A stretch of DNA of 63,914 bases, counting the filler, from Olpidium bornovanus S191 (taxonomy: Eukaryota; Fungi; Olpidiomycota): NCBI GenBank assembly GCA_017911155.1. It is 26 parts of 26 records of this genome, joined end to end, with 100 filler letters (N's around TTAATTAATTAA, not from the genome) between each part and the next. Parts side by side here need not be neighbours in the genome. Positions count along the whole stretch, not along the records: positions 4,529 to 10,189 come from JAEFCI010004243.1; positions 10,290 to 12,227 come from JAEFCI010004544.1; positions 12,328 to 15,966 come from JAEFCI010011228.1; positions 16,067 to 18,666 come from JAEFCI010006227.1; positions 18,767 to 20,517 come from JAEFCI010009146.1; positions 20,618 to 22,632 come from JAEFCI010009627.1; positions 22,733 to 26,288 come from JAEFCI010002531.1; 19 more parts are not named here. One strand, written 5' to 3'. Positions 9,934 through 22,928 of this stretch are shown piece after piece. Below the pieces are notes generated by a model. The model was not told the origin of the DNA. It worked only from the letters and a program-made list of their open reading frames with translations, and searched no databases. Position numbers and translations under genes: made by a program. Numbering within the stretch: the stretch's first letter is position 1; each line of letters begins with the position of its first letter.

Positions 9934-11589
9934 AGATTGTCTGTGCTGTGGCACGGCTCGAGAACCGTCCGTCGACCGACGCCACGGAAGGCGGGCGGCG
10001 GGCGAAGAACGGTGGGCGAAGGGCGGAGATGACAGCGGTATCGAGGGTAGGACGGCCCCCGAACCCGGGGGCCGACCAATAGAGTAGTCCTCCCTCGAAG
10101 CCCGCCAATTGAAGGACTTCCCCCCTGCCCCCCCCTCCCCCCCCCCCCCCCCCCCCGGACGCGCCCCCCCCCCCCCCCCCCCACCACGCNNNNNNNNNNN
10201 NNNNNNNNNNNNNNNNNNNNNNNNNNNNNNNNNTTAATTAATTAANNNNNNNNNNNNNNNNNNNNNNNNNNNNNNNNNNNNNNNNNNNNCATGAACCGAC
10301 GAACCAAACCAGGGCCGCCGCGAGTAGCTCCGGCGACAAAAAAAAATAAAATAAAAATAAAAACTGAATCTCTCCAGTTCCAGTTTCTTATACCTCTGCT
10401 TATCGCGGTGCCTCGGTCGTGGCCTATCCCCAGCATCCGGCGGTGGTCACCAGCGCCCGCGAAAACGTCTGCCGGTTCACGCGCCCTCCTCGGAGCGGCA
10501 ATCCCGGGTGCCGGCGGCGCCGAGCCTCCTAAACGGGCTTTCAGCGCGGACGCCGGAACGCGGACAAGCCTCTGGTTCGGTCCGAGGACGGGAGGCGGTT
10601 CGCGGTTGGCCTGGCGGTGCGGCTGCCAAAGAAAGGGACAGGGTGAATTGGCAGCCCGTCTCGCGCCAGAGCGCGAAGGCGGGAAGGTACCTTCTCTTCC
10701 CCCCCCACCCCCCTTTTTCTTCCCCCCGCGCCGCAGACCGGGATGACCCACCGTTCGCGGATCCGAGAACTTTCGACCGTTTGCGCTGCGCGGCGAACGG
10801 GGAAAATCGAAAAGTTTGCCCAAGGGCGCCCGTCGCCGTGCGCGTGTCACGCCGCGACGCGTCCGAGGGACGCTGGGAGGCCAGTGATCCACCCCCTCGC
10901 CCCACCCAAAAAAAAAGAAAAAGAGAAAAAAAAAAAAAAAGAAAAAGAGAAAAACAGAAAAAAAAAAGAGAAAAATACAAAGGAGAGGGACGCACTTTTT
11001 TTTTTCGCGGGACTCACGGCCGCGAGGAATGTTCCGGAGGGAGGGCCGCTGACCGGGCCCTATCTCCCTCGCCCTCTCGCCCTCTTTCGCTCTCTCTCTC
11101 TTTCTGTCGCGCTCTCTCTTTCTCGCCGTCGTGCGTGTGGGTGCCCCCGGCCCACCCCCACTCCAGTGTGTTTATTACTACCACTCCATTGATTAGTGAA
11201 TTATTAACCAACTTAACTTTAAACCTTAAGTGGAGGGCAAGGTACTCACTAATATCGTTCTATGCTTTGAATCCATTTAGCACTTACTTCGGGACGGCGG
11301 CGGTCGCCGAGGAACCGCCGACCGCCGACGTTCTCCGAAGAGGTAAAACAAACCAAAAAAAAAAAAAAAAAAAAACAAAAAAGCCGAGGGAGAAAGCGGT
11401 CATTTGTTATTACAAGACACCACTAATAAAGCTGTTCAATATCGATATGAACACATATATCTTGAGTTCTTTCATTATTTCGAGGTATACGCGATTCGCA
11501 AAAACGGGCAACCGAAATTCGCTTTATTTGCTCATTATATATTCTAGCTGAGAGCTCTGTAGTTTGTACGGGAATTGCACGGGTGAAAG

Positions 11590-12227
11590 AAGGAAACGCC
11601 GAGTGATGAAAGGCGTGACCTGCGTGGAGAAGGGTCACCATGGTAAACCTCGCAAACCTGTCCAAAACCGCGCGCAGAATCCGTCGTGGACAGGCACTTG
11701 GCACCTATGCACCCACTAACGAAGCGGGATGCAGCATAGTCCAGCTCGATTTTGACTCCTTCGGCGAAGCAGCACCTTGCGACACCTCGCCTCCTACACC
11801 TCCTGTGCGGTTTGTGGAGAATATTAATACCGTGACACTTGACATCCCCGCCGTAGCAACGTACACGGCCACGAAGGAGTCCCTTTCGAAACAACAGTAC
11901 GCCGAAAAAGCAGATAAGTGCTGACATGGCGGCCGCGCGGCCTGGTGTCAACTGGTCCAGCATCCTCCCGACCTTAACGTTGGATGCGGCGCCGATGACG
12001 TCTCAGACGTCTACCTCAACGAGCTGACTGACCTTCTCCGTGCCATGCACGCCTCTTCTCCACGAACAGAAACCCTGGTCAAAGGGAAACGGCTGTCGCC
12101 ATTCACCATGTCGACACTGGAGACACTGAACCCATTGCTCTCCCACCGCGCAGACAGCTTCATTGAGGCGCAGGCTTGTGGAAGAGGAAACCACAAAGCC
12201 GCCATTGTCTGCCCAAGCTGCTCATTA
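11590..12227 (+). mobile_element. Degenerate Ty3/gypsy pol fragment (region after the protease up to the start of RT)
   Basis: MVNLANLSKTARRIRRGQALGT, then after frameshifts PGQRETAVAIHHVDTGDTEPIALPPRR and RRLVEEET. These match the gypsy HHIDTGDAxPIxQPPRR...EEEV preamble to RT. Stops and frameshifts are present. Confidence 0.7.
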
Positions 12228-12363
12228 NNNNNNNNNNNNNNNNNNNNNNNNNNNNNNNNNNNNNNNNNNNNTTAATTAATTAANNNNNNNNNNNNNNNNN
12301 NNNNNNNNNNNNNNNNNNNNNNNNNNNCATGACCGAATCTAATTATCTTTACGCGTGTTGTAG

Positions 12364-15300
12364 GCCCCGCATCGAATATGTGAAGAGCGACTTCGATCCG
12401 ACGCCGCTGCAGGCCGAACTGGAAGAAATGTCGCAACGGCTGAAGGACGTGGAAAGAAGGAACAGAGAGCTGGAAAGTATGAACAGAGTCGCGGACGGAA
12501 GGGACAAGGAGCTGGAGGAAGCGAATAGAGATCTGGAAGGTAGAAACAAGGAAGCCGAGGAAAGGATCAGAGAATTGGAAGCGAGGATTAGGGATGTTGA
12601 ACGGAAGAACCGCGATCTGGATAACAAGCGGAGAGATGCGGAGGCCAGGGTTGAAGACCTTGAGGAGATTATACAACAGATGAAGGCGAACGAAGAGAAG
12701 AAGGTGCAGACGATCAAGGACTTGAGAGAGGAGTTGAAAAAGGTAAATGGCCGACTTACGGGAACATCGGGCTGTGCAGGAAAAGGTTTGGGGAAAGTGT
12801 CTTTCCCCCGCGAGGAATTCGTCACGGTGCCAACGCTCAGTAATGACCGGGATCCAGGAACGGGTCAATACTGTCGACCTCGAAGAATTTCGCCAAGAAT
12901 GCTCAATGAAGACTACACGAATAAGAGAGGCACGATTTTACTCCAACGTTTGGATTGCCACAACGTAGAATACGCTGTGTTGCTGACCTTCGTTTCGAAC
13001 GCATATGGAAAATGCGAATTTTTCTAGCTAGAAGTAATAATGTCCGACCTGCAAGAGGAGAAGCTGCTCTTGGAGACGGAGCAGACGCGGCTTCTGGAAG
13101 CCTTCAAGGTCGCCGCGACCCCGACGACGCCCGTTCCGTCCGCATTGCCCCCGAATCTCGCCACTGCGTCGTCTCCTCCGCTGAAGACGGTCGCTCCTCC
13201 GTCGCCGCCTCAGCCCGTGCACGTTTTAACGTCAACGGCAAACGACGAAGTAGTCAACGCGCTGCGGATGGAGGTAGCAGCTGCTAGAGAGGAGCTTGAG
13301 AGGCAGCGGCGGGAGAGCGACACGCAGGCCAACGCGCTGCAGAGGGAATTAGCCGTCGCCAAGGAAGAGCTCGAGGGGCAACGAAGAGAGGGAGATGCGC
13401 AGCGCCGGGAAGCTGAGTTGCACCGAAAAGAGGCCGACGCGCAGCGGGGGGGCGCAGCAGCGCTGAAGAAGGAGGTGGATGAGTTACGAAATGAGCTGAA
13501 GCAGAAACTTAAAGAACAGAAGTCGGCGTTCCACACCCTGGAGACCGACGGCAAAGGTGGGGCCCGAGTTCCTAAGTCCTCCCGATGTCCTCACCTGGCT
13601 TAATATTCCCGGCGGAATGTGCTGTCGCAGTATATTCCGTCGCTTAAAAGTTCATATTTGTTTTGCTTGCTGCACGCCTCGACATCAGAGTCAGCGGAGA
13701 AGCTTAAGGACGAGAACACTGTGCTCCAGGCGAAGTACCAGCTCGCCATTGACGAGCTGTCGGCGATGCGTGTCATCCTCGCGGTTTTTATCAGAGAGGA
13801 CGGCACTGTTGACCGCCACATGATTGACGAGTCAGTGACTCTGCTGAAGCTCCACCGGGAGAAGAAAATTGGGGTCGATTCGCTCATGCGCGTTGAAGAG
13901 ACTCACGAGGTATTTTTCCAGCAATCAGCTCGTGAGGACTTTGGAAACGTAAAATGCCAAGGGCTTGTCCGCACTGGGCTTCATTAAAAGCCTCTGTTTT
14001 AATTGTGATGTTTTCATTCGTCACTCAGGATACAAAACGACTCCAGCAGCTTCGCGTCGAGCACGCCGAATGCGTGCAGGAACTCGACAAAGTCACGAAC
14101 ATGTTATCAATACAGGAAAAAATCGCCGGTGACTACAAGCGGGAGATCGAGGGAACCAAGAAGCGTATGGCCGAGCAGGCAAACGAATACGGTGAGTGTG
14201 AAATTTCCGAAGGGTAGGCGGCCCGGGGTGAAAAGGTAATGGTCTCGGGCTTGATATATTTGTACCGGCGCACCATCTTATGAGAGGGGAAGGGGGGAAC
14301 GGGCGGGGAAAGAGAGAGAGAGAAAGAGAGGGAAAGAAAGAGAGATGAGGGGAAAGCGGGGGATTGAAAGAAGTGTAGATGTAGGATAATTATGTTATTT
14401 GTGTAACATTCGAATTTCTGTATGTTACCCGGACCGTTAGAGGCTCAAATCGAGAGTACATCACGCTTGCTGGACATAAGGGCAACGCGAGTAGCGCAGC
14501 TTGAATCGCAGCTGAAGAATATTGCGTATGGGACACAGAAAGGTGGGGCTTTCAAAAAGTCTTCTCGGCGGGGCGGATGATGCTTTTTCTTTTGTTTGCG
14601 GCAAGCTGACGAACCTTGGACGCCATTTGGAAGTGGTGTCAAATACTAGCCACGACGAGGACGGGAACGATGAGGATGCCGCTCTGGCTCCTGGTCAGTA
14701 GCTTTGGCCTGCGCAAGCTTGTCCAGAAACGGCGGATCACGCCCGTCGGCTGACTCGTGTTCGGTATTGTCACGCGGCCGCTTCCTCTGGAACTAGGCGA
14801 GAACCTCCTATACATCACTTTCACCGAGGCCGTCCTCTCCAGCGAGGTGACACGACCGCTGGGCGGTCCCTTTACGTCCGCATCCCCCTACCGGGAGACG
14901 GACGAGACCAACCTGACCACGATGCTGGTGTTCGATTTCTTCGACTTCGAGACGCAGTGCACTTCCCTAGGCCTGGGGTTGCGGCCGAGGTACAGTCACC
15001 GGGTGCGGTTCCGGTTCCACGCCGACGACTTCTTCCTCCACTTCTGCGAGTCGCGGAACCTCGAGGTCCGGCTCCTGCGGTGCTGGGGGCTCGAGTGGGA
15101 AGCCGTCGGGAAATGGTGAGTTAGCCGTTATGATTACCACGCCATTGGCCCGGAGAGCTCTGGTTGCTGTTGAGCGGCCCCGGAAGGAGCGCGCCGGTCG
15201 ATAGATCTCTCCAGATGCCGATTTTGGCCTGCCGATCGGGTTTCGGGACGAAGTCCCCTTCCATCATGGTTGCTGGTGGCCATTGACACGAAACGGTCGC

Positions 15301-15641
15301 ACAGCACAATCTCGTTGCGCCACGTGACCAGCCGGGAATTCCAGGGAAAGGCGAGCTACGTGGTCAACATCGTCAGCGAGACCGATCAGGTACAGAGTTG
15401 TGACAACGCAAGCCACTTCGTCGGCCTTCAAACTTGCTTTTTTCGCGTGTTCTACGACTGCGTGACTGCGCCGCCTCTCGCCGGCCAAAACTTCTGACCT
15501 TTTCGGGAAAAAAAACACTATTTTTTTCGGGAAAAGTCCACGGTCCTCGGGACTCTGGATATCACAATAGGGACGCGGCTGCCGATGAGCCAGGCAGTCA
15601 AAGCCTACCACGAGCGGGAGGCCACCCTGGCAGCATTTTGA
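12364..15641 (+). CDS. RPGRIP1L: RPGRIP1L/MKS5 ciliary transition-zone protein, 5' partial, multi-exon
   Basis: Coiled coils; LRVEHAECVQELDKVTNMLSIQEKIAGDYKREIE; LLDIRATRVAQLESQLKNIAYGTQK; first C2 domain LELGENLLYITF...VFDFFDFETQCTSLGLGLRPRYSHRVRFRFHADDFFL; final exon 15537-15641 LGTLDITIGTRLPMSQAVKAYHERE followed by a stop. Confidence 0.92.
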
Positions 15642-16101
15642 CGAGAAGACCGAAATTCTGACCGACTACGCCGCCGACCCCAGAATTGCATTCGTCCCGC
15701 ATCGTCTACGCATTTTTATATACATCCGTAACCACCATAAACGTAAACCGCGCTACGCGGTGAACAACGCGGGCCGGAGGAAATTCCACCATTTTTTCCA
15801 TCGTTTGACACCATCAGGTCGAACTCCTCCAGCGAACAAAGGTCTGCCCGCCGGTCCTCTTTCTGGAAACAGCAGTCCGCCGCCGTGCGGTTAGTTGTCC
15901 CTGTTGTGAACCAAAGACGTCTCGCGGCGACACCGCCAGCGCAAAGAGCTCGTCGACGGACGCATGNNNNNNNNNNNNNNNNNNNNNNNNNNNNNNNNNN
16001 NNNNNNNNNNTTAATTAATTAANNNNNNNNNNNNNNNNNNNNNNNNNNNNNNNNNNNNNNNNNNNNCCCGGGGGGGCGGGGGGTTTTCCCGCGTTTTCCC
16101 C

Positions 16102-16143
<42 letters not shown>

Positions 16144-16349
16144 AAAGACCCCCCGGCCCGCGGTCGCCCTGCTCGCGCGCCTTTTTTCCTCTCGCGTCCT
16201 CACTCGTCCTTTGCTCCGGCGGCGCGCCCCCCGCGCGCGCACCCGGCCCCCGGGCCGCCCCGCCGGCCGCAAACGTCCCCGCGCCGGCCCTCCGCGCGCG
16301 CACACGCTCGCCCGCTCGCTCACACGCAGCCTCCGCCCGGCTCGTCTCC

Positions 16350-18666
16350 ATGTCCCGTCACCCTCCTCCGCCCCTCGACCACCAGCAGCCCCAGTACGCC
16401 CAGCAGCAGCCCCAGCACCTCCATCACCTCCACCACAACCGCCACCTCCTCCTCCACCACCACCCCCCGCACCCGCACAGGCCCGCCGCAGACCAAGACC
16501 CGCCGCCGCCGGCGGCAGCAACCGTAGTCTCTTCCCAGTGGGCCCAGCCGCTTCCCCAGCGGTCTGCCCCGTGGCCCCACTCCTCCTCCTCCTCCTCCTC
16601 CTCCTCCTCCTCCGCCGCCGCCGCCGCCGCCTCATCCTCTTACCACCAGGGCGCCGCCCGCCCGTACCACCAGCACCAGCGCCAGCACCAGCACCACCAC
16701 CAACAACTCCACCACCACCACCAACCTCCGCCGTTTCCCCAGGAGACCGCCGCCGGCTACGTGTGGGATCCCCTCCAGTATGCGTCCTTCCCGCCGTCGT
16801 TTGGCGGCCTTTCGTACGCGGACTGGGCGCCCGGCGCGCAGGCCCCCTCCGCGGCGTCGGCGTCGGCGTCGGCGAAGGCGGCCGACGGCGCCGGCGCGTG
16901 CCTGGGTGGTAGCGGCGGCGCGGCGAGCCGCCCCGAAGGGTCCGGCGGCGGCGGGGATTACGGCTCGTCGTCGTCATCGTTGTCGTTGCGGAGCGGAGCA
17001 CACGGAACAGCAGCGAGGGCGCGGGCGGCGCACCTGAGTTGGGAAGGGGGAGGCCAGGCGACCGTCGTCGCGCCTCCTCACGTCCGCGGCGAAACCCAAG
17101 GCTCCTCCTCTCACGATGATCCGCCGGGCTTCGCGGCGGTGGGCGGCCTCTGGCTGCAGGGCCCGGCTCCGCGGGCCTCCGGCGGCCCCGGGGCTTCTCA
17201 CGTTTCGTACGATTCCAAAGCGAACGCTGGTCCGGCCGCGCCGACCCAGCAGCCGAAAAAGAAAAAAAAGCACCAACAGCACCAACAGCACCAACAGCCC
17301 TACCAGCAGCCGCAGAAGCACGAGCACCCGCAGCGCGGTTTGGCCAAGAAGGCCGCCAAGAAGAGGTCGTACAGGGACCGCGACGCGCCGGGAGGCGCGG
17401 AAATTGATTTTGGCCTGGACGACCTGGCGCTCAAAGTCCCTGCGCCGAAACCGGCGCAGTCTGGATCGTCCGCCGCCCACTCCTCGTTCCATCTCCCCGC
17501 GTCCAAAGCTGCAACGTCTCGAGGCCCGCCATCCAAACGTTCGTCCCCCGCGCCGTCCTTCGCATCTCACATTTCGCAGACCAAATCGGCTCGGTCGGAA
17601 ACGGGGTTGGCCGGGTCCGCGGCCGGCGTGACGTCCGATTCTCGCGCCCTTTCCGGAGGCAGGCCTCCCTTGGTGTATGATGAACCAGACGGTGCCGGCA
17701 AACGGTAATATGTGCGGGCGCGTGTGATATGTTTTTATATCCGTTACGATGGTTTAAGCAACAGATGTTGTGGATTTTTACGGACGCAATTTTGTCCCGC
17801 CCTTCAACAGTCGAAAGCTGGACCCTTTTGTCCCGGAGAGAGAGGGTACATCCGACTGCAACTGCTGCCTTCGAGGGTGGATGTTAAAATGATTGCAATT
17901 GGGCGATGCAATTAAGGGCGAAAACGGCGTACAGCTGATTTCGCCGAACGGAACGCCGTGGCGCTTCGCCAACCTCTCTAAATCTTTGCGCCATTCCGTT
18001 TTTTCCCCCTGTTTCCCGACTTAGTCGGACCGCGCAAGCGCGGACACCTCAGCGAGGACGACGAGCAGGCCTTGAAACCTGCAGGGCAACTGGACGTGCA
18101 ATCCATATTATCTCGGATGTGCGAGCACGTTGCCGGGCGGCTGAAAGACTCCGGGATAGGCGGGAACCAAGGCTGCGGTATTGAGCAGTTTAAGTTTGCG
18201 TGGCAGATCGCGAATGTCGTCCGGAGGGTCGCTCGGACTTCGCCAGGCGGTAAGGACCCCCCTCTTTTCGAGCAGACCCCCTTTTTCTTTTTTATTTTTA
18301 TTTTTTTTTTGTCCGCGCGCCAAGCGTGCCGAAGAAAGGTGGGTGATGTTGAAGGCGGCTGCGCTTTCCCGCACACTTGTTACGCGCGCAGACCTCCCGG
18401 CTGTAGTGGTCTCGGCTTTTGATCTCAAGCTCGGTGGCAAGGTCAGGCCGTCGTTCCTAACCCCGCCCAACGTCGCGTGCTGGTTCGTTTGTCTGGCGTG
18501 GGGGCTCCACAGCCTCTACGCGGAGAACCTCGCGGCCGGCGCGGACATGACGCGGGCCTGGACGACCGTTATCGGGATCGCGAAGTCGGCGTGGAAGACC
18601 GTCGAAACCTGGTCCGGGCCCGTCTCCCTCAAATTGAAGTTCGCGCTTCAGATCGTCTCCGGCCTC
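16350..18666 (+). CDS. Hypothetical multi-exon protein: Q/H/P-rich disordered N-terminus, then helical exons; 3' partial
   Basis: Long ORF 16350-17704 ends at a GTAAT donor. Downstream exons include ...LDVQSILSRMCEHVAGRL...FKFAWQIANVVRRVA (GTAAG donor) and NVACWFVCLAWGLHSLYAENL...LKFALQIVSGL. Family not recognised. Confidence 0.55.
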
Positions 18667-19845
18667 NNNNNNNNNNNNNNNNNNNNNNNNNNNNNNNNNN
18701 NNNNNNNNNNTTAATTAATTAANNNNNNNNNNNNNNNNNNNNNNNNNNNNNNNNNNNNNNNNNNNNCATGCGGGAAACTAGGCTCGAATTCCAAACAGCC
18801 GAGCCCGTGCTCGGCAGAAATTGGGGAGCAATGATGGTGTCTGCCCCCCGGTCTAAATCAGCCACCGAATAGGAAGTCAATTTCAGCGGGTTGTTAGGCC
18901 CTTGGGTGTGAGCGCTTTCTTTCGTTCGGTACCAGAACGCACTTGGGGTGGACGCGCCCATCCTCCCCCCGACCAGCCCACACACCAACAAAGCGTTTTA
19001 GTCTGATTGATCAGTGACGAGTTCCCTTTGGTTTCGTTGGGGTTTGTGACTTCCTAGAGCCTCTCGTCCGACGACAAACGCGAGTACCGGAAAGAAACAG
19101 TGCCAACCGGCAAATACTTCGCTAGCCACCAGTCTGCGCTTACGGAGGGACGTACGGCGGAGGTGCGGAGGGGCGTGCGGAAGAGCGTGCGGAGGGGCGT
19201 ACGCAGGCGTTGGCAGAAGTTTAAAAACGATGTTTTCCTGCAACGCGGAGTGGATCCGAAGGAGACGGGCGTCCCGGAATCCTGAGCTCGTACTTTCAAG
19301 CGTCGAGAGGTTTTCAATAAGTTGTTAATCACGTCATTCTACTGACTCTGCGATAATCCAATTAATTTGTTTTAGACGCTGATTTGTCGTTTCGCCTTTC
19401 CGCGCCAGCTGCTTCTCTTCCTGTTCTCTTGTCAAGTAGCGCTGTTTCACTCCTACGGATTTGCGTCTTTACCGTCGCGAACGCTTTTTATTTCGTCTTA
19501 CCGCCTGGGAACCCCAAGAAAAAGTCCTATAACTCGATGTGCCTCCTTGTCCGCCTGCTCTTAAACTGTTACCAATGAGCCTTCTTCCTCTCTAGGTTGT
19601 TTTCCGTGCCTTTTGGTAAATTCGAATCACCTCGCACGTGACAAAAGCCCAGCTAGAGTTTCCGCACCGTCGGGACTTTTTTTTTTCTTTCTCTCCTTTG
19701 GTTGGTTGTGGGTTGGGGGGGGGGGCGGGCGGGAAAGCGGGAAAGGAGGATTCTTCTCTTCTTGGGACCGTCGAAACCCGAACGGTTCGTGACCCGGAAG
19801 CAAAACGTCCAGCGACTCGGCGGAGATCGTGGGACCCACCGATTG

Positions 19846-20517
19846 ATGGCGCCGCAACCGGCTCTGCTGAGCAAAGAGCAACTGGAGGACCTGGCCGTGC
19901 TGCAGGCCAGGCTGACCGCGTCTGTCGGGTTGGCGCGGTCGGTGGTCTCGACGCTGATCCCCGACGGTTACGACGACCCGGCGGGGCACGGCAGCGCTGG
20001 TGACAAGAAAACCAAGGTGCGAACGGACGCCTCCGAGCACGAGGCTCTCGGGGATCTGGGAATTCCCGGCAGACCAGCTAGGTGCGGGACGGGACGCAGA
20101 CATGAGCGACCTCCCGGCCCGAAAGCCCAAGCGGACGCGCCCCCGCTTCCGGACCAACATTCTTTGCGGGCGGGGCCTTTGGGGTTTTTTCTAACCGTGC
20201 GCGCGGCCGACCTTTCCGGCTTTTCCTCGACCCTGCTGCCTCGGGTTGCTGGTGCTGGCGGGCGGTAGGCTGGGGATCGGCGCCAAACCCCCGTCGCACA
20301 ATCAGGTTTCCGCGCTCGGCCCACAAAAACTGTTTAGCGCCACGGAATGGAAGCTCCGAAAGTCAATGAAACTGAACCGGTGCGGGCCAGGACAGGTTCA
20401 GTCCCAAACGGTCCGGAAGCGCGGGGAACCGGATTTGGAGGAGGAAGAGGAGGAGGAGAGTCGGACGGCGCCTGCCGCCATGATGGCGAAGAAGAGGAAA
20501 ATGGGCCATGCGGCGGG
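19846..20517 (+). CDS. DUF3245-like fungal protein, 3' partial
   Basis: MAPQ...LTASVGLARSVVSTLIP. Intron 20082-20268 joins to give GRPARLGIGAKPP, then EEEEEEESRTA and a basic tail, like the RLGLGA and EEESRS motifs I recall for DUF3245. Confidence 0.5.
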
Positions 20518-20617
20518 NNNNNNNNNNNNNNNNNNNNNNNNNNNNNNNNNNNNNNNNNNNNTTAATTAATTAANNNNNNNNNNNNNNNNNNNNNNNNNNN
20601 NNNNNNNNNNNNNNNNN

Positions 20618-21803
20618 CATGACCCACATCCAGAGTACAGCATCTTCTGTCAGCGTCCCCGAGTCGACCGTGTCCACCGGCAGCGCTGCCGGCTCGCCCG
20701 CCGGAACGTCGGATGGCACCGCCGCGTTCACTTTCGCCGACTTCTGCAGCGCCGAAAGGAAAATTACCGGCAGCGCCGTGGAGTATTTAATGGCGTTGGC
20801 CAAGTGTCGCTTGTTCATCGTGCTTGACTGGAAAAACTCCGCGAGACACTGTCGAAGACGGCAGATGTACGGAACGCTGCAATCGCCGTTTTCCCATAAT
20901 TCACGTCCGCAACGCAAACGTGCACGTATCGAATTAGCGAGTCAAAGGGACTGCGGGCATAAACTGTGCAAAAGTTCACCCGTTGGGCCGTTCTGCAGCG
21001 AGCTAACCTGACAAGTAATGGCACCAGCATCCAATGGTAGTGCTCTTGTGCGAGCCGGCCGTCGGAATCACGCCTTGCTGCGGACAGGATGTCCGCATCG
21101 TTGGCAATAAAAAGGATCGAAAGCGACGTGTACAGATCACCGAGCACTTTCGCAAACGACGTCAAGGTATCTGCCAATATGACGTCCGCAAAATAGACCT
21201 CTTGGCGTAGTCCCCCGAAAAAGACACGACGTAGGGCCCTGCAGCGGCACGACGCCAGAAATATGAAGGAAGCGTGAGGAGATCCAGCGCAGGGCTGAAT
21301 CTGGTGCGCCAGGTTAACGTCACCCACCGCTGCGTTTCGCGTCCACGGCATTTTATTTTTGAGGTGGGGAGGACATTCCAACGGTGATCGCGCGTGTGCG
21401 ACTGCGACTGGCAGCACAATTGTACTCACCTCAAGAACTGAAAGCGGTGTCTCCGGTGGAGAACGTTGGCCGGGCTGACCAGCATCGAAACGACGAGGGC
21501 GTAGCACAGTGCCGCCGGTAGCCTTGCGTTCCCGCCGTTCTCGATCATTTCGCAAAACGCCCACAGCGACCCGCCCACGACCGCCGAAAAGGTGGCAGCG
21601 AGAGCGTACATTTCCCGGTGGGTCATGAATTCGTCGTGTGCGGTTCCGAACAGGGCCGGCACGTCGATCCCGACGGCCCGCATCAGGTGCAAGTTGGAAC
21701 CCCAGGCCCAGAAACCAACCGCAACGAGCGTCAGCACTCGGAAATAGACCGGGAACGCCGACCCGAAGCCGGGGATCACGTAGTCGTCCAGGTAGGTGTC
21801 CAT
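20618..21803 (-). CDS. ERD1: ERD1/XPR1/SYG1 (EXS) family protein, Erd1-like, 3' partial
   Basis: FPVYFRVLTLVAVGFWAWGSNLHLMRAVGIDV...; EVYFADVILADTLTSFAKVLGDL; VPYICRLRQCLAEF...RHLANAIKYSTALPVIFLSA. Three exons. Confidence 0.9.
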
Positions 21804-22733
21804 TGGATTTACTGTGAAGCCCGAACGGGGAGGCCGCAGCCAAGCGCGATGATCGCGGAGGGGAGGCGGCGGGCGCCGGCAGATGCAGGGAACGCGGGAG
21901 CCCGAAGAATATATGTACCGGCAGCCTGAGCCGAAAGGCGGCGGGGACGCCGCCGCGAGGGGTGGTGGTTTTCTGAACTTCCGCGCGCTGTCCGCTGTGC
22001 TCCTTGTTTTTCCGCCGATCCCGTTTTCCTCTCGTCCGGCGTCACCTCCGCGTACCCCGCTGCTGCTGCCCGCCTCTTGCACCGAGAACACCACGGCCTC
22101 GGAAACAAAAACAACCCAAAGCGGATAGACCTAAATTCCTGCGCTGTGCTGAAAATCCCTCAGCAGCACCGAGTTGATTCTGGGCGGTGCACTCCCGCAC
22201 AGACGACGGACGAAAACGTTCACATGAAGGCAGAGATCGGCTCTGGGCAGTTGCACGCTGGCGCCTTGACCCGAGTACGGCTGCTTGGGGCGTGTGTTCA
22301 AGACTGAATGTGGCGCTTCTGTTTGCACGTAGCCTGGCCAAGATAAGTAGGCCAGCACAGGTTGACACCGCCCTACAACCAAACCTGGCTGCGTTGAAAA
22401 TGCAGGATGCTGCGGTGAACCTGAACCACTGTGAATTACAGTGGTACGCGTCGTCTAGGAAATGGCAAAGACGCTACTGAACGTTTTCCGGCAGCACTTT
22501 CAGGCTCCACTCCACGCGGAAGGCATCGCCCAAAACCTATTCGGACTACTGAGGAACGCATTGCTGACCAGTTACAGGAAGTAATTGCTTTCCCATCACT
22601 ATAACGAAAGGGCGACAAGAGCACCTGGCATGNNNNNNNNNNNNNNNNNNNNNNNNNNNNNNNNNNNNNNNNNNNNTTAATTAATTAANNNNNNNNNNNN
22701 NNNNNNNNNNNNNNNNNNNNNNNNNNNNNNNNG

Positions 22734-22771
<38 letters not shown>

Positions 22772-22928
22772 ATAAAATAAAATCAAAAAAGGCGCCGGGA
22801 AACGCCGATCATCACGGGTGTCGACGGCCCCGTGGGGAAAAAGAAAGGATTATCTCTTCCCGGAAAACTGAAAAATCGTTCTTCTCTTCCCCCTCCTCCT
22901 CCCCCCCCCTCCCTTTTTCGCTACCCAG

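Noticed and set aside
18767-19300. Minus-strand exons (GPNNPLKLTSYSVADLDRGADTII; LLRIHSALQENIVFKL)
   Set aside because: Probably coding, but too short to assign or join with confidence.
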